From assembly GCA_942493095.1 (NCBI GenBank), contig OW818675.1, forward strand, positions 1,770,001 to 1,802,000: DNA of 32,000 bases, given 5' to 3'. The position numbers were made by a program, and so were the translations under genes. Source of the stretch: Candidatus Electronema halotolerans. Its GTDB lineage: Bacteria > Desulfobacterota > Desulfobulbia > Desulfobulbales > Desulfobulbaceae. A model generated the notes under the pieces. That model had not been told where the DNA came from and did not search any database. It saw only the letters and a program-made list of their open reading frames with translations. Of the stretch, positions 23,972-31,614 are shown in pieces (the stretch's first letter is position 1; every line of letters starts with the position of its first letter).

Positions 23972-24722
23972 GTTCGTGGCCCTCAGGGCAGCAGCGGTGG
24001 TCGTGCCGGATCATGCGCAGCTCGCCGCCGTACATCTCTTGGATCAGCTCACCGGTCAGCTCGCTGGTCGGATGGACATAGACCTTGTTGTTGACGCAGA
24101 TAATCCGCTTGAAAAAAGTTGAGGAAAAGCCGACTTCGTGCGTCACCATCAGAACAATCATCTTCTGGTTCAGCTCGGCCAGCAGGGTGAGAAGCTGCTG
24201 CTCAGACTCGCGGTCCAAGCTGGCAGTGGGTTCATCAAGAATGAGGATGTCGCCGCCCGAAGCCAAGGCGCGGGCAATCAGCACCCGCTGCCGCTGCCCG
24301 CCGGACAGGGCGGCAAAGGGCCGCTTGGCCAAGTCAGCCAGCCGCACTGAGGCCAGCGCATCAAGGGACAGCTGCCTGTCTTCCTTGCTGTATCTGCCGC
24401 TGAAGCTGCGGCCAAGCCGGGCCATGCAGACCACGTCCAAGGCTGAGATGGGAAAGCAGGCATCGTAACGGGCATATTGGGGCACATAGCCGATCCGGGT
24501 CCGTGCCTCTGCCGGTGCTCGGCCAAAAACGCGGATGCTGCCGCTGCTCGGACTGAGCAGGCCGAGAATCAGCTTGACCAGCGTGGTCTTGCCGCCGCCA
24601 TTCGGCCCGACAATGCAGGCTGAATCCAAAGGCCAGACCGTCAGGCAGACATCAGTCAGCACCGGCATGTCGCTGCTGTAGGCAAAGCTGAGGCCCTCTA
24701 TTTCGATGGCCGCTTCTTTCAC
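23964..24722 (-). CDS. znuC: Zinc ABC transporter ATP-binding protein
   Basis: Walker A is GPNGGGKTT, signature is LSGGQRQRVLIARAL, and Walker B is ILILDEP. GTG at 24722 forms a GTGA overlap with the upstream Uma2 stop and gives the usual ~250-aa length. The track start at 24815 would overlap Uma2 by about 100 nt. Confidence 0.85.
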   Translation of the reverse strand: MKEAAIEIEGLSFAYSSDMPVLTDVCLTVWPLDSACIVGPNGGGKTTLVKLILGLLSPSSGSIRVFGRAPAEARTRIGYVPQYARYDACFPISALDVVCMARLGRSFSGRYSKEDRQLSLDALASVRLADLAKRPFAALSGGQRQRVLIARALASGGDILILDEPTASLDRESEQQLLTLLAELNQKMIVLMVTHEVGFSSTFFKRIICVNNKVYVHPTSELTGELIQEMYGGELRMIRHDHRCCPEGHEHD

Positions 24723-25195
24723 AACTGAATCTGCGGCGGAAAATCCGGCACCAAAGACGAGGCTGGCTGCTCGCCCCGTGCCGTGAAGAAGCGCAGCCCG
24801 CCCTGTTCCGAGCAAATCCAGACTTCCTTGGCCCCCTGTTCAAAGTAGAGCTTTCGTTTCTCCCGCATCTCCTCGTCCGTGTTGCTGGCCGAAACAACCT
24901 CAATGCAGATTTCCGGGCAGACAGAGCAGGCGGCCTCATGCTTGATCTTGGCAAAGATTGCGTCAGAGACCCAGACCACATCCGCCACCCGCACCCCTTT
25001 GCCTGTTTGAATGGCGCATTCCGGCAGGGTCTTGCCTGTGCGCAGCAGCGTGCGAAGGAGAAATTCCACTTCCCCCTGCAAGGCGGCATGATAAATTTTC
25101 ACCGGAGTCATGAGCACCTTTCCCTCTTCATTCAGCTCGATTTTGAACGGCAAATCTTGCAGACTTGGATGTTCGCACACTTCCTGCCAGTTCAT
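24719..25195 (-). CDS. Uma2 (DUF820) family putative endonuclease
   Basis: LPFKIELNEEGKVLMTP...ADVVWVS...PEICIEVVSASNTDEEMREKRKLYFEQGAKEVWICS is the PD-(D/E)xK-type Uma2 pattern. GGTGA RBS lies upstream. Confidence 0.75.
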   Translation of the reverse strand: MNWQEVCEHPSLQDLPFKIELNEEGKVLMTPVKIYHAALQGEVEFLLRTLLRTGKTLPECAIQTGKGVRVADVVWVSDAIFAKIKHEAACSVCPEICIEVVSASNTDEEMREKRKLYFEQGAKEVWICSEQGGLRFFTARGEQPASSLVPDFPPQIQL

Positions 25196-25209
25196 GGTTC
25201 ACCTTCAGT

Positions 25210-26076
25210 TCAATTGCCGCCCAAGGCCGAGCTGATCTGTTCGGCCATGAGGCGCAGGTTTTCCGGCACATTTTCCGCCAAGGGATCAAGCGCAGCTGCC
25301 TTGCCGCCAATGGCTTGGGCAATGGTCTCCGCGTTTTTACGATCAAACTGCGGCTGAACAAAGATCACCTTGACTTTTTCTTTTTTTGCCTTGGCGATCA
25401 GGGCGTAAAGCTGTCTGGGCGCAGGCGATTTTCCTTCGATTTCCACCGCCTCCTGGCGCAGGCCGTAAGCATGGGCAAAATAGCCGAAGGCCGGGTGGAA
25501 GACGAGAAAGCTCTGGCCCTTGAACGGAGCCAGCTTCTTGCTGATTGCTTCATGCAACGCCCGCAGCTCTTTTGAGACCGCTTGCAGATTCTCCTGATAC
25601 ACAGCCGCATTGGCCGGGTCAGCGGCTGCCAAGGCCTCTGCCATGACAGCCGCCATTTTTTGCAGATTCTGCGGATCAAGCCAGACATGCGGATCAAGGC
25701 CGCCGTGCTCATGCTCGTGGTCATGATCCGCATGGTCGGTCATGGGAATTTTCCTGATGCCAGCCGCAGTGTTCACAATCTGCACATTGCTTTCAGCCTG
25801 TTCCACTTTGGCTAACAGGCCGCGCTCAAACTCCAGGCCAATGGCAAAATAGAGCCGGGCGCGAAACAGGGCAGTGACCTGCTCCGGGGTCGGCTCCATG
25901 CCGTGCGGCTCCTGGCCTTTGTCCAACAGAGCAGTGACATGAACCCTGTCACCGCCGACCTGCTCGGCCAGCCATTTCTGCGGCAGGATGGAGACTAACA
26001 CAGGCAGAGGTTCAGCACAGGCCGCAGGCGCGGCCAGCATGGTGAGCAGAAAAACGGCAAACAGTTTTTGGAGCAT
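25210..26076 (-). CDS. znuA: Zinc ABC transporter substrate-binding protein with His-rich loop
   Basis: The ATG at 26076 has a GGAGG RBS. Signal peptide is MLQKLFAVFLLTMLAAPAACA. The His-rich loop MTDHADHDHEHEHGGLDPHVW is typical of Zn-specific cluster-9 SBPs. Confidence 0.85.
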   Translation of the reverse strand: MLQKLFAVFLLTMLAAPAACAEPLPVLVSILPQKWLAEQVGGDRVHVTALLDKGQEPHGMEPTPEQVTALFRARLYFAIGLEFERGLLAKVEQAESNVQIVNTAAGIRKIPMTDHADHDHEHEHGGLDPHVWLDPQNLQKMAAVMAEALAAADPANAAVYQENLQAVSKELRALHEAISKKLAPFKGQSFLVFHPAFGYFAHAYGLRQEAVEIEGKSPAPRQLYALIAKAKKEKVKVIFVQPQFDRKNAETIAQAIGGKAAALDPLAENVPENLRLMAEQISSALGGN

Positions 26077-26105
26077 TTTTTCCTCCGGCGTTCTTGGTGC
26101 AAGTT

Positions 26106-26145
26106 TGTTTACAGATTTTGTACAGAAATTGCCAACAACTTGCAA
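26106..26145 (-). promoter_or_regulatory. Putative znuA promoter with overlapping TGTACA/TGTAAACA operator-like repeat
   Basis: On the minus strand, TTGCAA (26145-26140) is followed by 17 nt and TACAAA (26122-26117). TGTACAAAATCTGTAAACA (26124-26106) overlaps the -10 and could be a Zur-type site. It does not match any consensus I can recall exactly. Confidence 0.3.
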
Positions 26146-26159
26146 CCATTACTTTCCCG

Positions 26160-28313
26160 TCAGCCCGCCTCTTTGGGCAAGGTGATGGCAAAAATCACCC
26201 CGGTTCTGCCGTCTTCCAGATTGCGGACACTGACCCGGCCTCCGTGATGTTCCATGATGGTGCGGACTATGTACAGCCCCAGTCCCATGTGCGGGCGGTC
26301 GTCCTTGACAGGCCGGGTCGAGACCATGGAGTTGAAAATCTGCTGCTGCAAGACCGGGTCAATTGGCGGCCCTTGATTGATGACCTGCAAGGAGACAGTG
26401 TCAGCCTGCTGCTCCAGCCGCAGCTCAACCGGCGTTTCCGGGGCATGAAAAGAAACCGCGTTTTCGACTAATTTGTCAAGGGCCTGATGCAGGCGGACTG
26501 GATCGCCCTTGACCAGCACCTCCTGCTCTGGTGGCTGATAGACAAATTTTGTCTCGCTGAAGGTGAGCTGCCAGCCGTGCTCCAGCCACACAGACACAGC
26601 CCGGCCCAGATCAACTGGCTCCATGCTGTCCAAGAGCAGGGCGTTCTTGAGACTGGCCGCCTCGCGAATCGAAGTCAGCAGGCTTTCCAAACGTTCCACG
26701 TCCCGCTCGGCCCAGCGGATGTATTCTGTGACCTGCTTGCTGGGACTCTCCTGCTGCCGCATCTGCTCCTGCTTGAGATTTTTCAGCGAGGCCGCCACCC
26801 CGGCCAGCGGCGTGCGCATCTCGTGCTCCAGATTGTCAGCCATTTTCTCCCGGTGCTCAATCTGCTGGCGGAGCTGGTCCAGCATCGAGTCCAAGGTCCG
26901 GCCCAAATCGCCGATTTCGTCCCCGGACCGGTCTGCTTTGACCTCGCTGCGGATATGGCCGTCCGGCGTGATGGCTGAGGCGGCCTGATTGCGAAGCCGC
27001 CGGATCCTGTTTGAGAGCCGGAAGGCGAAGAGGAAGAAGATGCCGCCGCCAAAGAAAAAGGCCAGCACTGACAGGGATATGGTCTCTTCAATCATCCGGT
27101 TGCTCAGGGCAAGGATGGAGTTGGTGGTCTGCTCCACCACCACAGCGGCCAGCACCTTGTCGCCTTCATAGACCGGCACAATGGCAGCCAAAACTTCCAC
27201 CTGATCATCTTTGTTGAGAAAATAGCTTGTCAGAGAATGGCGGCCAGCCAAGCCCTCCCGGATGCCTTTCAAATCCAACTCAGTGGGCTGCGAGACCTGC
27301 TCCTCAATATCAGCATTGAAGGAGGTGGTGAAAAAGCGGTACAATGGATGGAGCAGCTCGCTGGCCCGCCGCATGAGCCGGGCCAGGGCATCCGCATCCG
27401 CAGGCAGCGGCTCCTGTTTGCGCAGACTGCCGACTTGGGCGCGGATGCGCTTGTTCTGATCAACGACCCGGATGCGGGCGTAGGGCCGGTCCAAGGAGCG
27501 GAGTATCTCCTCAATCGGCTCTGAGGTGCCCAGCAGCCAGCCCGGCTCATGGTTCTCAGCCAGATTGGCGGTGCCGATCATGGCCTGCACGTCCCGCTTG
27601 TCCTCATCATCCACATCAGCGACCAGAAAGGCTAATTTGCTGCCCAGCAGCTCCAGCGGGATGCGCAGCTCCAGAATGTAGCCAGTCCGGGTCTGCCGCC
27701 ACGCTCCTTGAATGCGCTGCTCGCTGACTGGAAATTTGATCGGATTGCTGGGCATGAGAAAGCCGTTGACCCAGCCCGGCTCATGCGGGGCGACCAGATA
27801 AGTGCGCTGGCCGAAATTATCTTCAATGACAATCTGAAGATGATCAGAGCGGTCAAGGCGGAGGGAGGTGCGGCTGCGGTAAATGACGTGATCATCCTGC
27901 ACATCAAAAAAGGCGTACAAGTACTTGTCCTGCTTGCCTGCCAAATGACGGAAGCTGAGGGTCAGCGGCCCTGCCGGATCCGCCTTGCTGATCAGATGCT
28001 CTTTGCCGAACTGCTCGGCCAAGGTCAGCTCCGGCTGCCAGTCCTCCAAGCTGCCGTCCAATTTGATGCTGTTGGAGAGCTGGAACAGGTAGAGATCACG
28101 ATGCTGATCAAGGGCGTGAAACTGCTCCCGGTCAAAGAGGTCGCTCCGGTTGGTCAGGGCGGCGGACACTGCTTGGGCGGTGAAATTGAGCGTGTCCCGC
28201 TGGCTGACGATCAGGCTGTCTTTCAGAGTGCGGTTCAGCCGCATGCCCAGCAGCGGGAAAAGCAGGAGCAGCAGTGAGAGCAGAACGAGCTTGAACCGGA
28301 GAGAGCAGCGCAT
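26160..28313 (-). CDS. Sensor histidine kinase with large (~400 aa) extracytoplasmic domain, HAMP, HisKA, HATPase_c
   Basis: N-terminal TM is FKLVLLSLLLLLFPLL. The long periplasmic region contains DGSLEDW (like a CBM9/DOMON-type carbohydrate-binding fold). The second TM is LSVLAFFFGGGIFFLFAF. H-box is NLEHEMRTPLAGV. The C-terminus reads GLGLYIVRTIMEHHGGRVSV. Confidence 0.8.
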   Translation of the reverse strand: MRCSLRFKLVLLSLLLLLFPLLGMRLNRTLKDSLIVSQRDTLNFTAQAVSAALTNRSDLFDREQFHALDQHRDLYLFQLSNSIKLDGSLEDWQPELTLAEQFGKEHLISKADPAGPLTLSFRHLAGKQDKYLYAFFDVQDDHVIYRSRTSLRLDRSDHLQIVIEDNFGQRTYLVAPHEPGWVNGFLMPSNPIKFPVSEQRIQGAWRQTRTGYILELRIPLELLGSKLAFLVADVDDEDKRDVQAMIGTANLAENHEPGWLLGTSEPIEEILRSLDRPYARIRVVDQNKRIRAQVGSLRKQEPLPADADALARLMRRASELLHPLYRFFTTSFNADIEEQVSQPTELDLKGIREGLAGRHSLTSYFLNKDDQVEVLAAIVPVYEGDKVLAAVVVEQTTNSILALSNRMIEETISLSVLAFFFGGGIFFLFAFRLSNRIRRLRNQAASAITPDGHIRSEVKADRSGDEIGDLGRTLDSMLDQLRQQIEHREKMADNLEHEMRTPLAGVAASLKNLKQEQMRQQESPSKQVTEYIRWAERDVERLESLLTSIREAASLKNALLLDSMEPVDLGRAVSVWLEHGWQLTFSETKFVYQPPEQEVLVKGDPVRLHQALDKLVENAVSFHAPETPVELRLEQQADTVSLQVINQGPPIDPVLQQQIFNSMVSTRPVKDDRPHMGLGLYIVRTIMEHHGGRVSVRNLEDGRTGVIFAITLPKEAG

Positions 28314-28466
28314 GGTCAGCAGGCAAAGATGAAAAAAGGTTGCTGAAAAAATCTGGAACTGCTTGATATATACTGTGCTGCTGCTAAGGTGTAAACACGC
28401 ATCTGCGCAAGGAGGCGGCCGGCAGGGCCGGGCCGGAACTGATCACTATCAACAACGAGGCATGAA

Positions 28467-29168
28467 ATGGCAAAAGATTGGAGCCATACAGGAGAACGGA
28501 TTGTCAACTCTTCGGCTGATTTTATCAGCGGAGTCGGTTCCGCCTTCAAAGGGGTGGGCAACCGCTTCAAGCGCAGCAAGTTTGCGCCCTTTGTCGAGGC
28601 GCTGTGCGCAGTGGTCGGCGATGTGGCCTCGCAGAATGGCCGCCTGCAAAAACAGGAGATCGAGGAGTTCCGAAAATTTTTATTGCAAAATTGCCGCGAC
28701 ACTCCTATGTTGGAACTGTTCAGCTTGGACGAGCTGGCCAAGAAATTGGAGCAGTATGCGGTGGCGGCTTTTCTCTGCGATGACGAGGCCGTGCTCATGG
28801 CGGTCAAGAAAATTGAGGATCCTGAGCTGGCCCGGCTGATCATTCTGTCCGCCTTGGCAGTTGCAGCGGCTGACGGCGACTGCGATGCCAAGGAGCGGGC
28901 CTGCATTGAACAGCACGCAGCCACGCTGCAAGTCAACATGGCTGCGCTGGCTGATCAGTTTCAGCTCAATCTCAACAAACCGCAGAACATTCCCTCGACC
29001 ACGTCAGCTCCGCCGCAGCTGCCGCCAGCACCAAGTCCAAGTCCGACGCATGGACAGCAGCCCTCCCCTGCTCCTGCCGCAGATGATCTCTGCCTGATGT
29101 GCAAGGGCGCGGGCGGCAGCTGCGTGTTCTGCAAAGGCACGGGCAGAAGGCTTGACCGCAGGAATTGA
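28467..29168 (+). CDS. TerB-domain protein with Pro-rich linker and C-terminal DnaJ-type CxxCxGxG x2 zinc knuckle
   Basis: TerB-like paired helices are FVEALCAVVGDVASQNGRLQKQEIEEFRKFL and LIILSALAVAAADGDCDAKERACIEQHAATL. The linker is PPQLPPAPSPSPTHGQQPSPAPA. The tail is DDLCLMCKGAGGSCVFCKGTGRRLDRRN. GAGG RBS lies upstream. Confidence 0.75.
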   Translation: MAKDWSHTGERIVNSSADFISGVGSAFKGVGNRFKRSKFAPFVEALCAVVGDVASQNGRLQKQEIEEFRKFLLQNCRDTPMLELFSLDELAKKLEQYAVAAFLCDDEAVLMAVKKIEDPELARLIILSALAVAAADGDCDAKERACIEQHAATLQVNMAALADQFQLNLNKPQNIPSTTSAPPQLPPAPSPSPTHGQQPSPAPAADDLCLMCKGAGGSCVFCKGTGRRLDRRN

Positions 29169-29797
29169 ACATTCAACTCATTCACTGAAACAGGAGAGCA
29201 AGATGGGCGTTTCATTAAGCAAAGGCGGCAATGTTTCTTTGAGCAAAGAGGCTCCGGGCTTGGAGGCCATCAAGATCGGCTGCGGCTGGGATGCGCAGGC
29301 CCTGAAAGGCGCGGCCTTTGACCTTGATGCCTCCGTGTTTCTCTGCGGCGCGGACGGCAAAGTCACCAAAGAGAACGACTTTATTTATTACAACAACTTG
29401 CAGGGCGCGAACGGCGCAGTGGTTCATGCTGGCGACAACCGCACCGGCGAAGGAGAGGGCGACGATGAAATGATCATGATGTCGCTCAAGGACATGCCGC
29501 CGGAACTGGTCAAAGCCGCTGTTGCGGTCACCATTCATGAGGCGGACAGCCGGGGTCAGAACTTCGGCATGGTGGAAAACGCCTTCATCCGCATTGTCAA
29601 TGCGGCCAATGATGTCGAGATTGCCCGCTACGACCTGACAGAGGATTTTTCCAGCGAGACAGCGGTGATTTTCGGCGAGGTCTATCAGAAAAACGGTGAA
29701 TGGAAATTCAAGGCGGTCGGGCAAGGCTCAAACGAGGGCTTGGCTCATATCTGCGCCAAGTTCGGCGTGAACGCGTCCTGAGTGTCGTTTTTTTCAG
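29071..29797 (+). repeat. Direct repeat copy A (linker end + zinc knuckle + intergenic + terD)
   Basis: It aligns base-for-base at a constant offset of 1581 nt with 30652-31378. Only scattered substitutions and no indels were seen by eye. Confidence 0.85.
29203..29781 (+). CDS. terD: TerD-family protein, copy 1
   Basis: MGVSLSKGGNVSLSKEAPGL...FDLDASVFLC...DFIYYNNL...GDNRTGEGEGDDEMIMMSL shows TerD Ca-binding motifs. The ATG at 29203 has AGGAGA RBS. The track start at 29152 is a non-ATG extension overlapping the upstream gene. Confidence 0.9.
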   Translation: MGVSLSKGGNVSLSKEAPGLEAIKIGCGWDAQALKGAAFDLDASVFLCGADGKVTKENDFIYYNNLQGANGAVVHAGDNRTGEGEGDDEMIMMSLKDMPPELVKAAVAVTIHEADSRGQNFGMVENAFIRIVNAANDVEIARYDLTEDFSSETAVIFGEVYQKNGEWKFKAVGQGSNEGLAHICAKFGVNAS

Positions 29798-29810
29798 GAG
29801 GAGAAACAGT

Positions 29811-30749
29811 ATGGCTGTGAAGCTGAGAAAACAGGAGGAGGTGGCGGCCAGAACCATTGATCTCCGTAAAAAAGTTTCGTTAGCCAAAGAGCGGGCCGGG
29901 CTGCTGGCTCAAGCGGCGCAGGTTGAGTTTGTCCTCGATATTTCCGGCTCTTTTGCAGGACGTTATCGCGACAACACCATTCAGGACATTGTTGAGCGGC
30001 TGGCTCCGATTGCCTTGGAATTTGATGCTGACGGCGCCATGCCAGTCACCCTTTTTGGCGTGGATGCGCATGAGGCGCCGCCAATCACCCAAGCCAACCT
30101 TTGCGAATACGTCAACCGCGAAGTTGTCAAGCACTATCCTTTTGAGGGCGGAACTAAGTATGCCAAGCCGCTCTGGCATATTGTCCAACGGCATTGCAGT
30201 GCGGCAGTTCAAGAGGTGACGGTTGCGCAGGGCGGCTGGTTCAAAAAGAAGAAAACCGAGAGGAAAATTGTCCAGCAGTCTCCTGCCCCTGTTCCTATTT
30301 TTGTCCAATTCATAACTGACGGCGACAATCAGGACCGTGAAGAGACAGAGAAGCTGCTGCGCATGATGGAGGTGCTGCCGATCTTCATCCAGTTTGTCGG
30401 CGCAGGAACAGCTTCTTTTGCCTTTCTCCGCAAACTTGACGAGATGCGACGGGACTTCATCGACAATGCCAGTTTTTTTCAAGTGACAGATATCGTCAAC
30501 ACCTCTGATGAGCAGCTTTACAAAGACATGCTGCATGAATTTCCTGCTTGGCTGAATAAGGCCAAAGACAAGGGACTGGTCCATCAGCACAACATCAACA
30601 AACCGAGCAGTCCTCCGCCAAGTTCGGCAGGAGCAGCCCCGCAGCAGACTCCTCCTGCCGCAGATGATCTCTGCCTGATGTGCAAGGGCGCGGGCGGCAG
30701 CTGCATGTTCTGCAAAGGCACGGGCAGAAGGCTTGACCGCAGGAACTGA
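29811..30749 (+). CDS. vWA (TerF-C-terminal-like) protein with Pro-rich linker and the same C-terminal CxxCxGxG x2 zinc knuckle
   Basis: FVLDISGSFAGRY (MIDAS DxSxS)...LEFDADGAMPVTLFG...EGGTKYAKP...IFVQFITDGDN...PIFIQFVGAG...FLRKLDEM...DNASFFQV...LYKDMLHEFPAWL fits the vWA-TerF-like family. The tail is DDLCLMCKGAGGSCMFCKGTGRRLDRRN. The ATG at 29811 has GGAGGAGA RBS. Confidence 0.8.
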   Translation: MAVKLRKQEEVAARTIDLRKKVSLAKERAGLLAQAAQVEFVLDISGSFAGRYRDNTIQDIVERLAPIALEFDADGAMPVTLFGVDAHEAPPITQANLCEYVNREVVKHYPFEGGTKYAKPLWHIVQRHCSAAVQEVTVAQGGWFKKKKTERKIVQQSPAPVPIFVQFITDGDNQDREETEKLLRMMEVLPIFIQFVGAGTASFAFLRKLDEMRRDFIDNASFFQVTDIVNTSDEQLYKDMLHEFPAWLNKAKDKGLVHQHNINKPSSPPPSSAGAAPQQTPPAADDLCLMCKGAGGSCMFCKGTGRRLDRRN

Positions 30750-31378
30750 ACATTCAACTCATTCACTGGAAAAGGAGAGCAAGATGAGCGTTTCATTAAG
30801 CAAAGGCAGCAATGTTTCTTTGAGCAAAGAGGCTCCGGGCTTGGAGGCCATCAAGATCGGCTGCGGCTGGGATGCGCAGGCCCTGAGCGGCGCGGCCTTT
30901 GACCTTGATGCCTCCGTGTTTCTTTGCGGCGAGGACGGCAAAGTCACCAAAGAGAACGACTTTATTTATTACAAGAACTTGCAGGGCGCGAACGGCGCAG
31001 TGGTTCATGCTGGCGACAGCCGCACCGGCGAGGGCGATGGCGACGACGAAATGATCATGATGTCGCTCAAGGACATGCCGCCGGAACTGGTCAAAGCCGC
31101 TGTTGTGGTCACCATTCACGAGGCGGTCAGCCGAGGCCAGAACTTCGGCATGGTGGAAAACGCCTTCATCCGCATTGTCAATGCGGCCAATGATGTGGAG
31201 ATTGCCCGCTACGATCTGACAGAGGATTTTTCCGGGGAAACCGCTGTAATTTTCGGCGAGGTCTATTCAAAAAACGGTGAATGGAAATTCAAGGCGGTCG
31301 GCCAAGGCTCAACCGAGGGGCTGGCCCAGATATGCGCCAAGTTCGGCGTGAGCGCGTCCTGAGCGTCGTTTCTTTCAA
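30652..31378 (+). repeat. Direct repeat copy B (linker end + zinc knuckle + intergenic + terD)
   Basis: See copy A. Similarity begins at CTCCTGCCGCAGATGATCTCTGCCTGATGTGCAAGGGC and decays about 15 nt after the terD stop. Confidence 0.85.
30784..31362 (+). CDS. terD: TerD-family protein, copy 2
   Basis: It differs from copy 1 at 14 of 192 residues by my count. The RBS context is the same (AGGAGA). Confidence 0.9.
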   Translation: MSVSLSKGSNVSLSKEAPGLEAIKIGCGWDAQALSGAAFDLDASVFLCGEDGKVTKENDFIYYKNLQGANGAVVHAGDSRTGEGDGDDEMIMMSLKDMPPELVKAAVVVTIHEAVSRGQNFGMVENAFIRIVNAANDVEIARYDLTEDFSGETAVIFGEVYSKNGEWKFKAVGQGSTEGLAQICAKFGVSAS

Positions 31379-31394
31379 TCGGTTCAGCAAAGAC

Positions 31395-31426
31395 GGCAGG
31401 GAGGCAGTGCCCTGCCTATTTTTTTG
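31395..31426 (+). terminator. Rho-independent terminator after terD copy 2
   Basis: GGCAGGG (31395-31401), an 8-nt loop and CCCTGCC (31410-31416) are followed by TATTTTTTT. Confidence 0.7.
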
Positions 31427-31614
31427 CTTGCTTTTCAGAAGTAAATCTGCTTAAAAAGAAAAGGTTCCTTGAAAAATGCTGTTTTTGTCGAAAGCGTGAT
31501 CAAGCGAATCCAATTGCTTGCAGAGCAATAACTGGCGAAAACAGCAAATTTTCAAGACTTCCAACAAGATGATGGATGTTCAACAACGTACTTCTCAAAG
31601 TAAAGAGGTGGAAA

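Noticed and set aside
28363-28839. 158-aa + strand ORF overlapping the TerB gene in another frame, reachable from the ATG at 28462.
   Set aside because: The translation is Arg/Trp/Ser-rich with no motif. The 28467 frame gives clear TerB helices and has the GAGG RBS.
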